Position numbers and translations under genes: made by a program
The notes under the pieces: model-generated
What the model was told of the DNA's origin: nothing
The model's input: only the letters and a program-made list of their open reading frames with translations
The model's database searches: none
In this document: in pieces, positions 13,468 to 27,156 of the stretch
Position numbering within the stretch: the stretch's first letter is position 1
How the letters are laid out: each line of letters starts with the position of its first letter
Source: Octopus sinensis
Taxonomy: Eukaryota
DNA: 64,000 nt
Direction of reading: 5' to 3'
Assembly: GCF_006345805.1 (NCBI RefSeq)
Contig: NC_043015.1
Span: 11,718,001-11,782,000 of the forward strand

Positions 13468-14545
13468 CACATGCATGCATGCATACCTGCATACATACAT
13501 ACATACATGCATGCATACATACATACATACACACATACATATATACATACATACATGCATACACACATACATACATACACATATACATATATACATACAT
13601 ACATACATGCATGCATTTATACATACATACCTACATATATACATACATACATGCATACATACATACATACATACATGCATGCATACATACATACATACAT
13701 ACATACATGCATGCATACATACATACATACATACACACACACATACATACATACATACATACATACACACACATACATACATACACACATACATACATAC
13801 ATACATACATACATACATTCATACGTACATACACACATACATACACACATACATACATACATACATACATACATACATACATACATGCAAACATACATAC
13901 CTACATATATACATACATACATGCATGCATACATACATATACATACATACATACATACATGTATACATACATGCATACAAACATACATACATGCATACAT
14001 ACATACATACATACATACATACAAACATATATGCATACATATATACATACATACATTCATACATACATAATACATACATACATAAATTCATACGTACATA
14101 CACACATACATACACACATACATACATACATACATACACACATACATACATACATATATACATACATACATACATACATACATACGTGCATACATACATG
14201 CATACATACATACATACATGCATACATACATACATACATATATACATACATACATACATGTATACATACATGCATACAAACATACATACATACAGGCATA
14301 CATACATGCACACACACATACACACACACATACATACATACATACATACACACATACATACATACATACACACATACATACATACATACATACATACATG
14401 CATGCATACATACACACATACATACCTACATATATACATACATGCATACATACATACATACATACATACATACATACATACATACGTGCATACATACATA
14501 CATACATACATGCATACAAACATACATATATACATACATACATAT
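13290..14545. repeat. About 1.25 kb imperfect (TACA)n tetranucleotide array
   Basis: Directly visible; source of the 444-465 aa HTYI ORFs. Confidence 0.97.
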
Positions 14546-15213
14546 GTAGGTATATATGCGTTACATTTGAAAACCGTACCTGATTGGTTGTCATCTGCTA
14601 ATGTGAAAGACTATTTATTTTTTTCATCGAAATCCGTAGAACTATAAATGGATGCTATGTTCATATCGGTTGTAGACCGAAGAACATTAAATTTTGTAAT
14701 TATTGACAAAATTACACTGTACAGAGATAAACATCACTTAATTAGCATATACTGTTCCCTGTGCAAAATTACATTTCTCTCTTCATTCTCTGTATTCTTC
14801 CGATTGCACGCAAAAGTTTATGCATCTCACGTTTCCAATCAAACTTCTGCATGCTTAGAAATAATTTATAAAAAATGATACATGTAAACTTTGAATGTTC
14901 AGTTCTCCATTTCCACTTGTAGTGACACAGAGGTTTGATAAATATTATGGTTCAACAAACAGACTTTCTTTCTTAAATATAAATAATATGTCAAACTATG
15001 TTTCTATGAAAATATATTGTATTACAGTAATGCAATGAAGATTTCAAATATAAACTAACGCAAAAATAGTCTTAGCCATATGGTTAAAAGTGATGTTTTG
15101 CTACCACATTTTCCCTGGTTCGATTCTAGAGCCCGTTACTTACTTTTTGTGCGTGTCTTTAATTATATTTTCGGGATGGCCATAAACTTATGTGGAGAAT
15201 GTGGCCAATAGAC

Positions 15214-15618
15214 GTAGGAGTGGCTGTGTGGTAAGTAGCTTGCTTACCAACCACATGGTTCCAGGTTCAGTCCACTGCGTGGCACCTTGGGCAAGTGTCT
15301 TCTATTATAGCCTCGGATCGACCAAAGCCTTGTGAGTGGATTTGGTAGACGGAAATTGAAAGAAGCCTGTCGTATATATGTATATATATTTGTATGTGTG
15401 TGTGTGTGTATATTTGTCTGTGTTTGCCCCCCCCCCAACATCGCTTGACAACCGGTGCTGGTGTTTTTACGTTCCCGTAACTTAACGGTTCGGCAAAACA
15501 GACTGATAGAATAAGTACTTGGCTTACAAAGAATAAGTCCTGTGGTTGATCTTCTCGACTAAAGGCGGTGCCACTGCATGGCCACAGTCAAATGACTGAA
15601 ACAAGTAAAAGAGTAAAA
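15214..15618 (+). mobile_element. tRNA-derived SINE, family B (GGAGTGGCTGTGTGGTAAG head, central microsatellite, AAGTAAAAGAG tail)
   Basis: A-box TGGCTGTGTGG, B-box GGTTCAGTCC; full reverse copy at 59682-60197. Confidence 0.85.
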
Positions 15619-15807
15619 AACAGTAAAGAGGAAGACGAAAACTGTAAGGCAGTCTTTCATAATATGTTTATATATAAAAGTAGTAATTCTTGCGCGGTGA
15701 AGAAGATCTCTTTGCATGCACGCTGGTTCTGGTTCAATCACACCGCACGGCACTTTGGATAAATGTATTTTAATATAGCCCCGAGGTAAACAAAGTCTTC
15801 TAGGAAC

Positions 15808-16080
15808 AGAGACGAAATAAGACGAAGACACTGGAATTGAATCGGACATATTCTCCAGACAAGATCGTGAAAGTCATTGTGCGATGGCACTAATGTGCCA
15901 GCCTGAAGGGAAAAGTGCAGCAGGGCATCCTAAAACCACATAGCGAAGAATCATTGAGAAGGAAAGAAGATGAGAATGTTGGAGAATCCGGAATAAGACC
16001 CGAACATTGATGGAAAAGAGAGCTGGTTGGAGGGATCATGGTGCGGGCCCTCTGTGCCTCAAGGAGAGAACTAACTAACA
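15808..16080 (+). mobile_element. RTE-clade LINE 3' fragment
   Basis: Translation DEIRRRHWN.IGHIL...MAL..QPEGK..AGHPKTT.RRIIEKE...GWRDH..ALCASR is a typical RTE RT C-terminus. Confidence 0.85.
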
Positions 16081-16147
16081 ATGCCCTAGGCTGACAAAAG
16101 ATTTGTGAGGGAACTTTGGTTGACAGAATCTGTAAGGAAGCTCATTC

Positions 16148-16187
<40 letters not shown>

Positions 16188-16406
16188 TAATCCAAACAAG
16201 AAAACACAAAAAACACAGCAACGCGAGGACGTGGAACAAATAAAGTATTATCGGACGCTCAGGAAAGAAGGGAAGAAGGATATATATATATATATATATA
16301 TGTTATAATGAGGTAGTTTTGGTGAAGCATTGTGAGGTACAGCTTTAAAGAAAGTCGTTCTGTAAGGCCAGAACAATGGGAGGTGCTACAAACTAAACTA
16401 CAATAG

Positions 16407-16697
16407 GAATAGGAAGCAGAGCAAAGTTGCAGTTTTAAATTGTATTACAATATTTCCAGGTGTAAAGCCGGAACAGACTTCCATACAGTTCCTGTCTACC
16501 AAAATTACGTCATAAAACTTGTTTTCTATTACCGTTCTGGTCTCATTCGAGTTTCTCTGCCCTTCTTTCCTTATCAGTGGTCCTTCGATAGGTGGTTTTA
16601 GGGTGCCCTGCTGCTCTTTTGCCCTCAGGTTCCCGATATATAGAAATACAAGTTAAAACTTCAACTTTCTTCAGCTTTCTTTGTTCTGCTTTCTTTC
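16407..16697. mobile_element. MITE-like element with about 45-bp imperfect TIRs (copy 1)
   Basis: GGAAGCAGAGCAAAGTTGCAGTTTTA... versus ...TAAAACTTCAACTTT...TTTGTTCTGCTTTC; second copy at 17592-17957. Confidence 0.55.
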
Positions 16698-17591
16698 ATT
16701 TGTAGTTTATTTTGTACATTCTCACAGTGTTCCAGCCTTACAGAATAACCTTATTTAAATATATACATATATGTGTGTATGTGTGCGTGCATGTGTGTGT
16801 GTATGTGTGTGTGTGCGTGTGTGTGTGTGCGTGTGTGTATGAATGTGATGCGTATGTGTGTGGTATGTCTTCGTTTGTACCACAACCGCTTGACAACCGT
16901 TGTTGTTTTGTTTACGTCTCCCTAATTCAGTGAGTCAGCAACAAAAAGAACCAGACTTAAAAATAAGTACTTCAGTCGACGTGCTCGAATAAACCATGCA
17001 TGACAGCGCCCCAGCATGGCCACAGTCCAATGACTGAAACAAGTAATAGATGAATGATATGCTTGTACCTTATATATCCAAATCGTAAGTCACAATCTAC
17101 ATCCAAATAACTAAAACTTTGTGTTATGGAACAATTTCCGGAGCAAAAGGTCATGGTTGTGTAAAAACATCTCACACTTTCTGAGAAAAAATATTTGCTT
17201 TAATTAAAAACTTGTAGAATACATACCTACTATTGAAGAAAAAAATGTAATTAAGGACATATATTTTTTTTTCAATAAAGAAAGATTAATTAAATGTGAA
17301 CAATAGGTGTTTCAAATATTAATGAATGTCAGTTTGTTTTTATTGTTGTTATTCTCATTAAGTTCAACATTAGCCACCTTCTGCACCGCTTCTCTGAGTA
17401 AATTCTGAGTGAACCAACATTCGATGGGGAGCTGAGGGTTTAAAGCAGTAGAAGGTAGCAGTGGAAAGATCGGGAGAGGACTTTGAATAAAATTTGGGGC
17501 GATAATGGGATGGTCAAAAGGGAGCAATGGATGTAAAAACAAAATAATGGGTTAAGTGAAAGCTTAAGTTACGAAGTAAGTTATAAAACGA

Positions 17592-17957
17592 AAAGGAAGC
17601 AGAACAAAGTTGCAATTTTACCTTGTGTTTCTATATTTCCGGGTGTAAGGCTGGAACAATGGACTTCCATACAGTTACTTTCTACCAAAATTCCCTCAAA
17701 AAGCTTTAGTCAGTCTCGACCATTGTGAGTTAGTTCTCTCTATGCCATGAGGCGGAGAAGGCTCGCAACATGATCCCTTCAACTAGATCTGTTTTTTACC
17801 AATGTTCTGGTCACATTCAAATTTCTCCGTCCTTCTCATTTTCTTTCCTTGTCAATGGTCCTTCGCTATGTTGTTTTAGGAGGCCCTGCTACCCCCCCCC
17901 CGGCTCCCGATATATAGAAATACAAGTTAAAACTGCAATTTTGGTCTTCCTTTTCTT
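17592..17957. mobile_element. MITE-like element (copy 2)
   Basis: AAAAGGAAGCAGAACAAAGTTGCAATTTTA...TATTTCCGGG versus CCCGATATATAGAAATACAAGTTAAAACTGCAATTTTGGTCTTCCTTTT. Confidence 0.55.
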
Positions 17958-18189
17958 TTTCAGTTTACTTTCTATCATGTGTGTGTGTGTAGCTTAAGTT
18001 TATTCGTGAAATACAATTGTTTTTAATTTGATCTATGTTTATGGTGGTGAGTAGTGGTGGTTGGTTGATGTGACCTGGGTGCTAAGGGCGCGACAGCCCG
18101 AAAACGTTTGAGAATCACTGATTTAGAGAATCGATTAAAAGGAATTTATTCAAAAGTTAGTGAATTAGTGTGCTTTAATGTAATTTTGA

Positions 18190-18420
18190 TATTAATATAC
18201 TTTACTTATTTTGGCATACGGCCAGCAAATTTAAGTTGTGGAGAAGTCGATTACATCACCCCAAAGCTTAACTGGTATTTATTTTATCGATCTCGGTGGG
18301 TTGAACGACAAAGTCGACCTTAGCATAGTTTGAAGTCAGAACGTAAGACAGATGAAATGCTGCTAAGCATTCTGTCCGGTTTGCTACCCATTCTACAAGA
18401 TTGCCCTCTTAATTCTGGTA
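18190..18420 (-). mobile_element. Family A SINE, diverged
   Basis: Reverse complement of family A motifs. Confidence 0.7.
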
Positions 18421-19242
18421 TTAATATAACGCACCCTACCCCCACACACACACGAAAAATATACATACATACATATACATATGGGTGTGAGAGAGAACAC
18501 TTGCAGGAGGAGGAGGAGGAGGAGGAGGAATCCGTTAGCCTCACAAAACCGCAAAGTCTTGTTTCGGTCTTGTTGGCATATTTGGGGCTGAAATGATAAA
18601 GGTTTGAAAGAATGCTACGGAAACCAAGAGAGGGTAGTACCAAATTTTGAAAACCCAATAAATTTATCTAACATCGTATGTAAGATTGCGTATGAAAGTG
18701 GAATTTGAAGATAGCTTTACTTCTCTTGGAAACATATTTTTGTTAATGAAATGAAATAAAATGAAATAAAGATGAAGAGTAAGTTTTCTCATATGACAAG
18801 AGAAAATTATGAAATATAAAGGAACATTGTAAAGAACAAATGAGAGATTGTTGAAATCTATTGTACATCCTGTAATACTGCATGAATGTAAGAGATGAAC
18901 TGTTAACAAAAGAGAAGTAAAACTGGCGCCCTCAATATCAGGGATGGAAAAAAGTATACATCATCAATACAGCAGTATGTGAGGCTGAGTGTATTTTATA
19001 ATCATAGATTGTCAAGTAATGACCAAAATTCCATGGTTACGTATTGAATACAGATAATAGAGAAAAGAGCAATTTGCTTGAAAAACTGAAGTCTCAAGAT
19101 AATGAGAACGACAACAAATGAGTTGGTTCGATGGCGAGAAATATGAAAACGGAATTGTATCTCCGAATCAGTCCCATTTATTGTTTGAAACTGGTGGTGA
19201 CATATCAACGTGATCGTCAGAAATCGAAGACGACTGGAATAT

Positions 19243-19555
19243 GTATATTTCTTTACTACCCACAAGGGGCTAAACACAGAGGGGACAAACAAGGACAGAC
19301 AAACCGATTAAGTCGATTACATAGACCCCAGTGCGTAACTGGTACTTTATTTATCGACCCCGAAAGGATGAAAAGCAAAGTCGACCTCGGCGGAATTTGA
19401 ACCCAGAACGCAACGGCAGACGAAATACGGCTACACATTTCGCCCGGCGTGCTAACGTTTCTGCCAGCTCTCCGCCAATTTTCGCCCGGCGTGCTATCGT
19501 TTCTGCCAGCTCTCCGCCAATTTTCGCCCGGCGTGCTAACGTTTCTGCCAGCTCT
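19243..19555 (-). mobile_element. Family A SINE with a tandemly triplicated 42-bp head
   Basis: Unit TTTCGCCCGGCGTGCTAACGTTTCTGCCAGCTCTCCGCCAAT starts at 19438, 19480 and 19522. Confidence 0.88.
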
Positions 19556-20335
19556 CTGTGTGTAAGTGTCTTGCATATATGATAAATGTGTTTATAAGTA
19601 AGCGCAGAAATATAAATGAATTCAAATCACCTTTTGAATATGCCCATCACATATTCTACGGAATAGCATTTCGGAAGGCTTCCAATTAACGCTGGGTGTT
19701 AAATCACCTGAAAATCATTGCCGTGTCATGTAATCAAATAGTTTTCACACTATTTGTATATAGTCACAAACCGGGGATTCAGTTTGTCTTCGGTTCGATC
19801 CTAAAACACCTGAAACTCAAAGTTTCAGGTGTTTTAGCACCCAGCGTTATTCCAGTATCTCCCTAATTGGTATATCCGCAGCAAATTCGGCGAATAAACA
19901 ATACACATACCTTGTGTATGTTCGATCAACAATGTTTACATTGCTATTGCTGCTTTTAATCCGTAATTTAATATATAGGCCTTATGATATTTTTGTAAAT
20001 GTCTCATTTATAACTACATATTGTCTTACCATAAAAGGCTAATATAAGTAAATGAGACATACTTATCTACATGGCCGAAACAGCTGTAAGATGTAATCTA
20101 TATTTATATTTATATTTACTTATATCTATATTCCCTTATATATATTCTACTTATTGTATAACATTACTCCTTTATGTACACCTTTTTATGTACACTCCTT
20201 TATGTACACTGTTTTGTTCTACTTTTTTGATTTTTAACCCTATAGTTTCTTATGTGGTGGTTTAATAAAGTATGTGATTGAGTACTATCTGGTAATTGAT
20301 ATGTGATTTAGATGTATTTCTCTATTTTCTTATTT

Positions 20336-20376
<41 letters not shown>

Positions 20377-21716
20377 GTTAAAATAGAACGGAAAAGCAAA
20401 CAATTTAATTCAGCTATATAATAAAAAGTAGAGATAGTCTCTGACAGCTGTTTCTATGATATCCCTGCTATTGGAACATCGTGTTGAGTTTCATTGCAGA
20501 GAGATAGGTTAAGCATATGTAACAATGGAAAAAAGTTCCTCATCAATGATAGTTGTTGTGGTCGATTGTGCCTAGAAAGGGAGGAGAAACCGAGTTAAAT
20601 CCATTTAGATCAGGTATTACTTAGGTAAAACCATGATCAGAGAGAATAGTTAGATAGTAATCAATAGCGAGGGAAAATGGATGCTAGAAATTCCAAAGGT
20701 GGAAAAATATTTTCGCATCTTATATAGATATGTGTATTGCCTGTTATATACATTATATTATATTATTATCTTTATAATTTACTTCCATCTTTACCCTTTA
20801 ATTGTCACTTTAATTTTAACTTTCCTATGATATACAATTTTCAAGATGGTGTAATTTGGTTATTCATTTTGAACCGATAAAAAGGTGTTTTTCAAATATT
20901 TTATGTATAAGTCTGTGTGTGTATATATATATATGTATTGGTATAAATATCAACACACAAAAAATTTTTTTTTCTTCTCCACTTCCTCCCTTATTTTTAT
21001 TTATTTTTTATTTATTTTTTTATATTTTATTTTTTATTTTTTATATTTTTAATTATTTTTTATTTTTATATTTATTTTTATTTTTTATTTTCCCTTTACT
21101 CTTTCTTTCTCTCTCTCCTTCTCCAAACACACAGAGACACACACACACACACACACGCACACAAAAACACACACGGACACACACACACACACACACCTCC
21201 ACAAAACGATCATAGAAAGTGTGACCCCAAATGACATTTGTCCGGCCAGCCTACGCACAACACACACTCAGTGACACGAGACTGGACAGAGAGCAGAGCC
21301 AAATTTCTTAGAAAACCACAGGAGGTCCAGTAGGCCAAGGGAATAACAATACTTCTTCTTCCCTATCAGATACAAATGCACACACACACACACACACATA
21401 CACATACACACATGTTTTCTCTGTCTCACTTCCTCTTCACCCTTTTATACCGTCTTATTCCTCCCCACCACTACTACGAAACTATAAAATGTTCAAATTA
21501 CCCACAAGGAATTGATTTGATTTGAAAAGCCCACTCGATTGGGAAAAAGCGCTAATCCGAATGATATGATCTGAATGATATGATATATATGTAAAAAATG
21601 TAATATATAAATAAATATCTATAAATATGAACCATCCGATCTGATTACCTCATTTTTTCTAATATATATATATATATACACTCCTCGTATCTATATTCTA
21701 TATATGTAAAATCCTT

Positions 21717-21778
<62 letters not shown>

Positions 21779-22944
21779 GTTCCCAATGCATTGTCAAACG
21801 GCTCAACTAGATCAAATACTATTTTACATGGTAATACTCTCAGACCCCGCGAGTCAAAATGTAACTGTTTTGTCATTTGGATTTAAACAATGCAACATTG
21901 GCACTGGTTCGGTATTATGTCTCAAAAGCCAAAGAATAAAAGTGAAAGAATAAGATCTATGTCGTAATGTGAAATATTGGTTCAGATTTATATTTTAACT
22001 ATTAATTCTATCACCACGACGACGTTACAATTTGTATATGACTGTGTGAGTGTATGGGTGTGAATGTATGTGTGTGAGTGTATGAGTGTGAATGTACTGT
22101 GTGTGAGTGTATGAGTGTGAATGTATGTACGTGTGTATAAGTGCGTGTCGTTGCGCGTTAGGTACGTTATTAAACAAATTATATGTATGTGAGGGTTGGT
22201 CAGCGTCAATACGAAACTTTATTTTCATTTCGATTAAAACAATATGACATTTCATAGTTTCATAGACATAATCTTTCTATTGTCAGCAGGACATTTTATT
22301 CCACGACGACAACGGCATCACATTTTTGTATATAGCTGTGTATCTGTCTGTGAGTGTATATGTATTAGTGTATGAGTGTGTATATGCCTAATAGTATGTT
22401 TGTTTTTCCGCTTTAGGTAGGCTATTGAACATACACACATCTACGCATACATATGCATATGTAACGGTACGTTACTAAACACACACACACACACACATCT
22501 ACACATATGACTGTGTGTGTCTATCTTACTATATGTATGTGAGGTCTGCCAGTGTCAATGCGAAGTTCTATCTTACTTTATGTATGTGAGTGCTGGTCAG
22601 TGTCAACACGAAATTTTATTTTCATTTCTATTAAAACAATATAACATTTCATAGAGATAATCCTTCTATTGTCAACAGGACATTTCATACCATGACGACA
22701 ACGACATTACATTTTTATAAGACTGTGTATCTGTCTGTGAGTGTATGTGTGCAAGTGCATGTGTATGTATATATATCATAGTATGTGTGCGTTTTTACGC
22801 GTTAGGTACGTTATTAAATATACACACATCTACACGCACCCACGCGCACACACACACACACACACACACATGTGATCTCTTGAGCACCACCAGCAAAAAT
22901 ATTTTTTTCCTCTGTCTTCCCTTCTCGGGATCTTTCCTTCTTCT

Positions 22945-22980
22945 TGTTTCCGACGAAGAGCTCCACTCGAAACGTTAAAT
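22945..22980 (+). ncRNA. Degenerate minimal hammerhead-like motif in a (TA)n-anchored repeat (about 22895-23092)
   Basis: GTTT-CCGACGA-A-GAGC tcc ACTC-GAAACGTT-AAAT; same family as 35670-35710. Confidence 0.45.
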
Positions 22981-23420
22981 CCTCCTTCCCTTCTTTCCTG
23001 AGCGTCAAATAATACTTTAATTGTTCCACGTCCTCGCGTTGCTGTGTTTTTTTCTGTGTTTTTTTTCTGTATTTTCTTGTTTGGATTAACTTTATATATA
23101 TACATATATATGCAACTACTGACATGCATAAATGTATGTCTCTGTGTGGCTATCTTAGTATATGCATGTGAGAATATGTGCGGATCATTTTATACCTCGA
23201 CGACGACGTAACGTTTTTATATGAGTGTATGAGTGTGTGTGTGTGGTGTGTGTGTGCGTGAGTGTGTGTGTGTGCGTGTGTGTGTGTGAGTGTGTGTGTT
23301 TCCGTGTTACGTACGTTATTAAACATACATATACGTATGTGACGACAAACATGCCTGCATGTATGTAGGTGCCAGACGCGAAATTCTTGAAAAAAAAAAA
23401 AACAATGGCGTGGCAATGTG

Positions 23421-23463
<43 letters not shown>

Positions 23464-23620
23464 CACAGTTACTGTTCCATTACTAGTTAATTGTTATCTC
23501 AATATTTGCAAGGTTGCAAGGTATTTACAATTACATATTTACATATGTATGTATATATATATAAACGCACTCCTCGTATCTTTCTATATATATGTGTGTG
23601 TATATGTCTGTGTATGTTTA

Positions 23621-23663
<43 letters not shown>

Positions 23664-23702
23664 CGCATACATGCAATCATGCAAAAATGCATATATTGTA
23701 TT

Positions 23703-23774
<72 letters not shown>

Positions 23775-24049
23775 GTTTCATAGTGTGAGTCTGCATGTGT
23801 ATGCATGTGTGTGTGTGTGTATGTGTGTAAACAAAATCTCGGTAGTCTCTAACTCCCAGCTTCGGGTGATTATTCTCTGTACTGAATTCGTCCGCGCCTT
23901 TTGGTAGGTTATGTTATATCTCATGCAGCACATCCAATTAAAAGAAGCCCCTAACTAGGCAAAGTTGGGTTTACCGGTTTAGTCACCGAGGGATCAATCA
24001 TGCGATAGGATGTTGTGTTTTACATTATTAGAACCACTAGACAAAATGT

Positions 24050-24310
24050 GAAGTAAAAGATCCTGATTTAACACCTGCGACTTGATTTGCATGAAAATAG
24101 TTCTTTTGTGTCAAATGTATATGCTGCTGAGAAATTAGAATCGGTTCTTTGCAAAGCTTTTTCTCACTTTACAAAGCTGCAGGCATGGACAACACGTGAT
24201 ATTCAATATCTCTATCATGACTTACACACCATTGCTGACTGCATCCGAAAACCGCAAAACAATGATAGAATTAAAGTGTGCATCAGCGTAGGTGGTAAGT
24301 TCTCTTAACA
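24050..24310 (+). mobile_element. Eroded Tc1/mariner-superfamily transposase C-terminus
   Basis: PDLTP motif at about 24061, then SNVY...RIKVCISVGGKF (cf. R...CI..GG.HF). Confidence 0.5.
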
Positions 24311-24591
24311 CCTGGTGCAAGAGATACCTATTGTTGTCATAGCTGATTAAAAAGGGTTCTTAGAAGTAGAAGCAAGCCTCATCCACGCTACATTGGCGAA
24401 GCGGAATTGCAGTAAGTATATGGATATATAGCATTTAATAAAAATAAAAATACATCATCTGCAAAGATCGAACAGTCCCTTACAGCTGTTTTAATTAAGA
24501 TTAAAAGATTAAATAGTAATTATTAAAATCATTATATCAGGTAAAGTCTGCTGTGAGGATTCTAAAGTACAACACATAAAAAACCTAACGG

Positions 24592-24838
24592 TATATCTTC
24601 GCGGCGATCTGGCAGAAACGTTAGCATGCCAGGCAAAATGCTCACCAGTATTTCGTCTGTCGCTACGTTCTGAGTTCAAATCCCGCCGAGGTCGACTTTG
24701 CCTTTCATCTTTTCGGGGTCGATAAAATAAGGACCAGTAACGCACTGGGGTCGATATAATCGACTTAATTTGTTTGTCTGTCCTTGTTTGTCCCCTCTGT
24801 GTTTAGCCCCTTGTGGGTAGTAAAGAAATAGGTATATC
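24592..24838 (+). mobile_element. Family A SINE
   Basis: Head, B-box, body and AAAGAAATAGGTAT tail. Confidence 0.85.
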
Positions 24839-25148
24839 TTTTTCTACCCCTGTGAATAGATTTTCCCTACTATAATGATTTTAATAATAGCTATTTGATC
24901 TTTTAGGCTTAATTGAAACAACTGTAAGGGTCTATATTTGATTTTTGCCGATAATAAATTTTCATTAAATGCTATATCTCCATTTTCTTACTTTCTTTTA
25001 AATGATTATAAACCATGGTCTATATAGAAACCTACCGTTTTATGAATATTATTATTATTCACAACAAATATTAGTTATTGAACCAATAATTCATTGGATA
25101 ATATAATTCTTTAATGAGGCTAATTTAACCTCTAACTGAATTGTATAC

Positions 25149-25233
<85 letters not shown>

Positions 25234-25239
<6 letters not shown>

Positions 25240-26410
25240 GGTAAGTCACAAATTATCCGCACGTTCACTAAAACTTTCTTTACGTTGGCTGCACTGTCTT
25301 CAGCGCTGGAAGTTTGACATTAATCGCTCCTATTCGCTTTCTTGTGTTACGGATTAAACATAGCCGCTCTGCTGGCTGTGTGCACCAAGGAAGAATGGAG
25401 TTCAGTGGATCGATTTCTCAGGTCCGAACGTGTGTCAGGGACTCTCAGTACAATATTGAACCAGTGCGTAGAAGTGTCTATTAGTGGACCGAGACTTCAA
25501 AAATGGTCGGACAAGCGTGAAGGATGAGGAGGCAACAGGACACCCGTCAACCTCCACCACTGAAGTGAAGATTCAACAAACTCCAAAGATGACCATTGTT
25601 GATGTGGCATGTTCTCTGTAAATTAGTCATAGTTCTACATACTAGTTCATCGAGTCAGTGAGGAAATGGGTGCGAAGATAGGTTACCGAAGCGCATAAGC
25701 GCAATCACGTTATCTGTCATGGGATACTAGACCGCTACAAAGGTTTAGTTTGTTTTTTTTTTTGTGGGGGGATACTTAGGTCGATGACCTTGGACCAGGC
25801 AGGGTATGGATTGGAAACAACCGAAATTCAAGTCCTTCAGCAGAAAAAGTCACGTTAACGGGTTTTCAGGACGCGAAAAGCCCTATACTGGAACATTACC
25901 TGGTAAAGGGGTCTACAGTCACTAGTGCAAGCTGTAGGGAAATTTTAGCCAACAAATTGAAACCAGCATTTTGCACCAAAGACTGAGATCTATGGTCAAG
26001 GCAAATGTTGTTGTTGTACCACAATGCACGCCAACATGAACGTACACCGTTGAAACTATTGAAATTTTTCAACTTACACCGTTGAAACCATTGAAAAATT
26101 GAATTTTGTGTTGCTGGAACGGTCCAGTCACTTTCGACTATCACCTCTTTGGGCCGCTCAGACATCCTTTACATGGTCGTCAGTTTACTACGGACAAAGA
26201 GGAGCAGAAAGTGATGTCGTGCAAAAAGGATTGCGCAACCAACCTAAAGCCTTCTCCGATAGAATATGCAAGCTCGTGAACCTCTGGAAGAAGTGCATCG
26301 AAAAAGGCGGAGACTATGTTGAAAAATGGTGTAATTGTTCATACCCTGCATCTTTTTTTTAAATAAATTATTGGAAAAAGATTGCGTACAGCTTTTGACT
26401 TACACTCATG
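25234..26410 (+). mobile_element. Near full-length degenerate mariner DNA transposon (pseudogenised transposase)
   Basis: N-terminal AALLAVCTKEE...RFLRSE, then GHPSTSTTE, and C-terminal HLFGPL...QPKAF...KLVNLWKKCIEKGGDYVEK. Imperfect TIRs GTAAGTCACAAATTATCCGCA / TGCGTACAGCTTTTGACTTAC. Confidence 0.88.
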
Positions 26411-26462
26411 GGTGCCTATGTATGTGTGTGTGTCATGTACACACACAAACACACACACACAT

Positions 26463-26493
<31 letters not shown>

Positions 26494-26699
26494 CATACAT
26501 ATATATACCTATATATATATATATATCTATATATACATATATACACCAAATATATACACATATACATATATACCCAAATATATACGTTTTATTTATTATA
26601 TTTTGTGAAATTTGATTTAGTATTTCTAAATTGAATTTTCCCTGTAAGTTTGTAATAATATTCCCTCATTATATTATTATTATTATATTGTTTTGTTGT

Positions 26700-26731
<32 letters not shown>

Positions 26732-26741
26732 ATTATATATA

Positions 26742-26779
<38 letters not shown>

Positions 26780-26907
26780 GAAATGAAGAAAATACTGACA
26801 AAATAATTTAAGTAATTTAATTAGGTGAAAGTTCTTTTTACCGGTTGCGCATTTGTTATGCTTATCAAAAGATATTTTTAAAGAGATATATATAAGACCG
26901 ATATATA

Positions 26908-26974
<67 letters not shown>

Positions 26975-27076
26975 ATATATATTTATATATATTACATATA
27001 TATGCACACATGTATATGCGCATACATATATATATATAAGCATGATATAGGTGTGTTTTATAATACATGTATGTAT

Positions 27077-27108
<32 letters not shown>

Positions 27109-27109
27109 C

Positions 27110-27156
<47 letters not shown>

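Noticed and set aside
13152-14647. 465-aa and 444-aa ORFs and the many other HTYI/MYVC/YIYI/LSIY ORFs
   Set aside because: These are translations of (TACA)n, (TA)n and (GATA)n, which lack stop codons; no protein signal.
19438-19555. CRISPR-like array
   Set aside because: Contiguous tandem units with no spacers, derived from a SINE head, in eukaryotic DNA.
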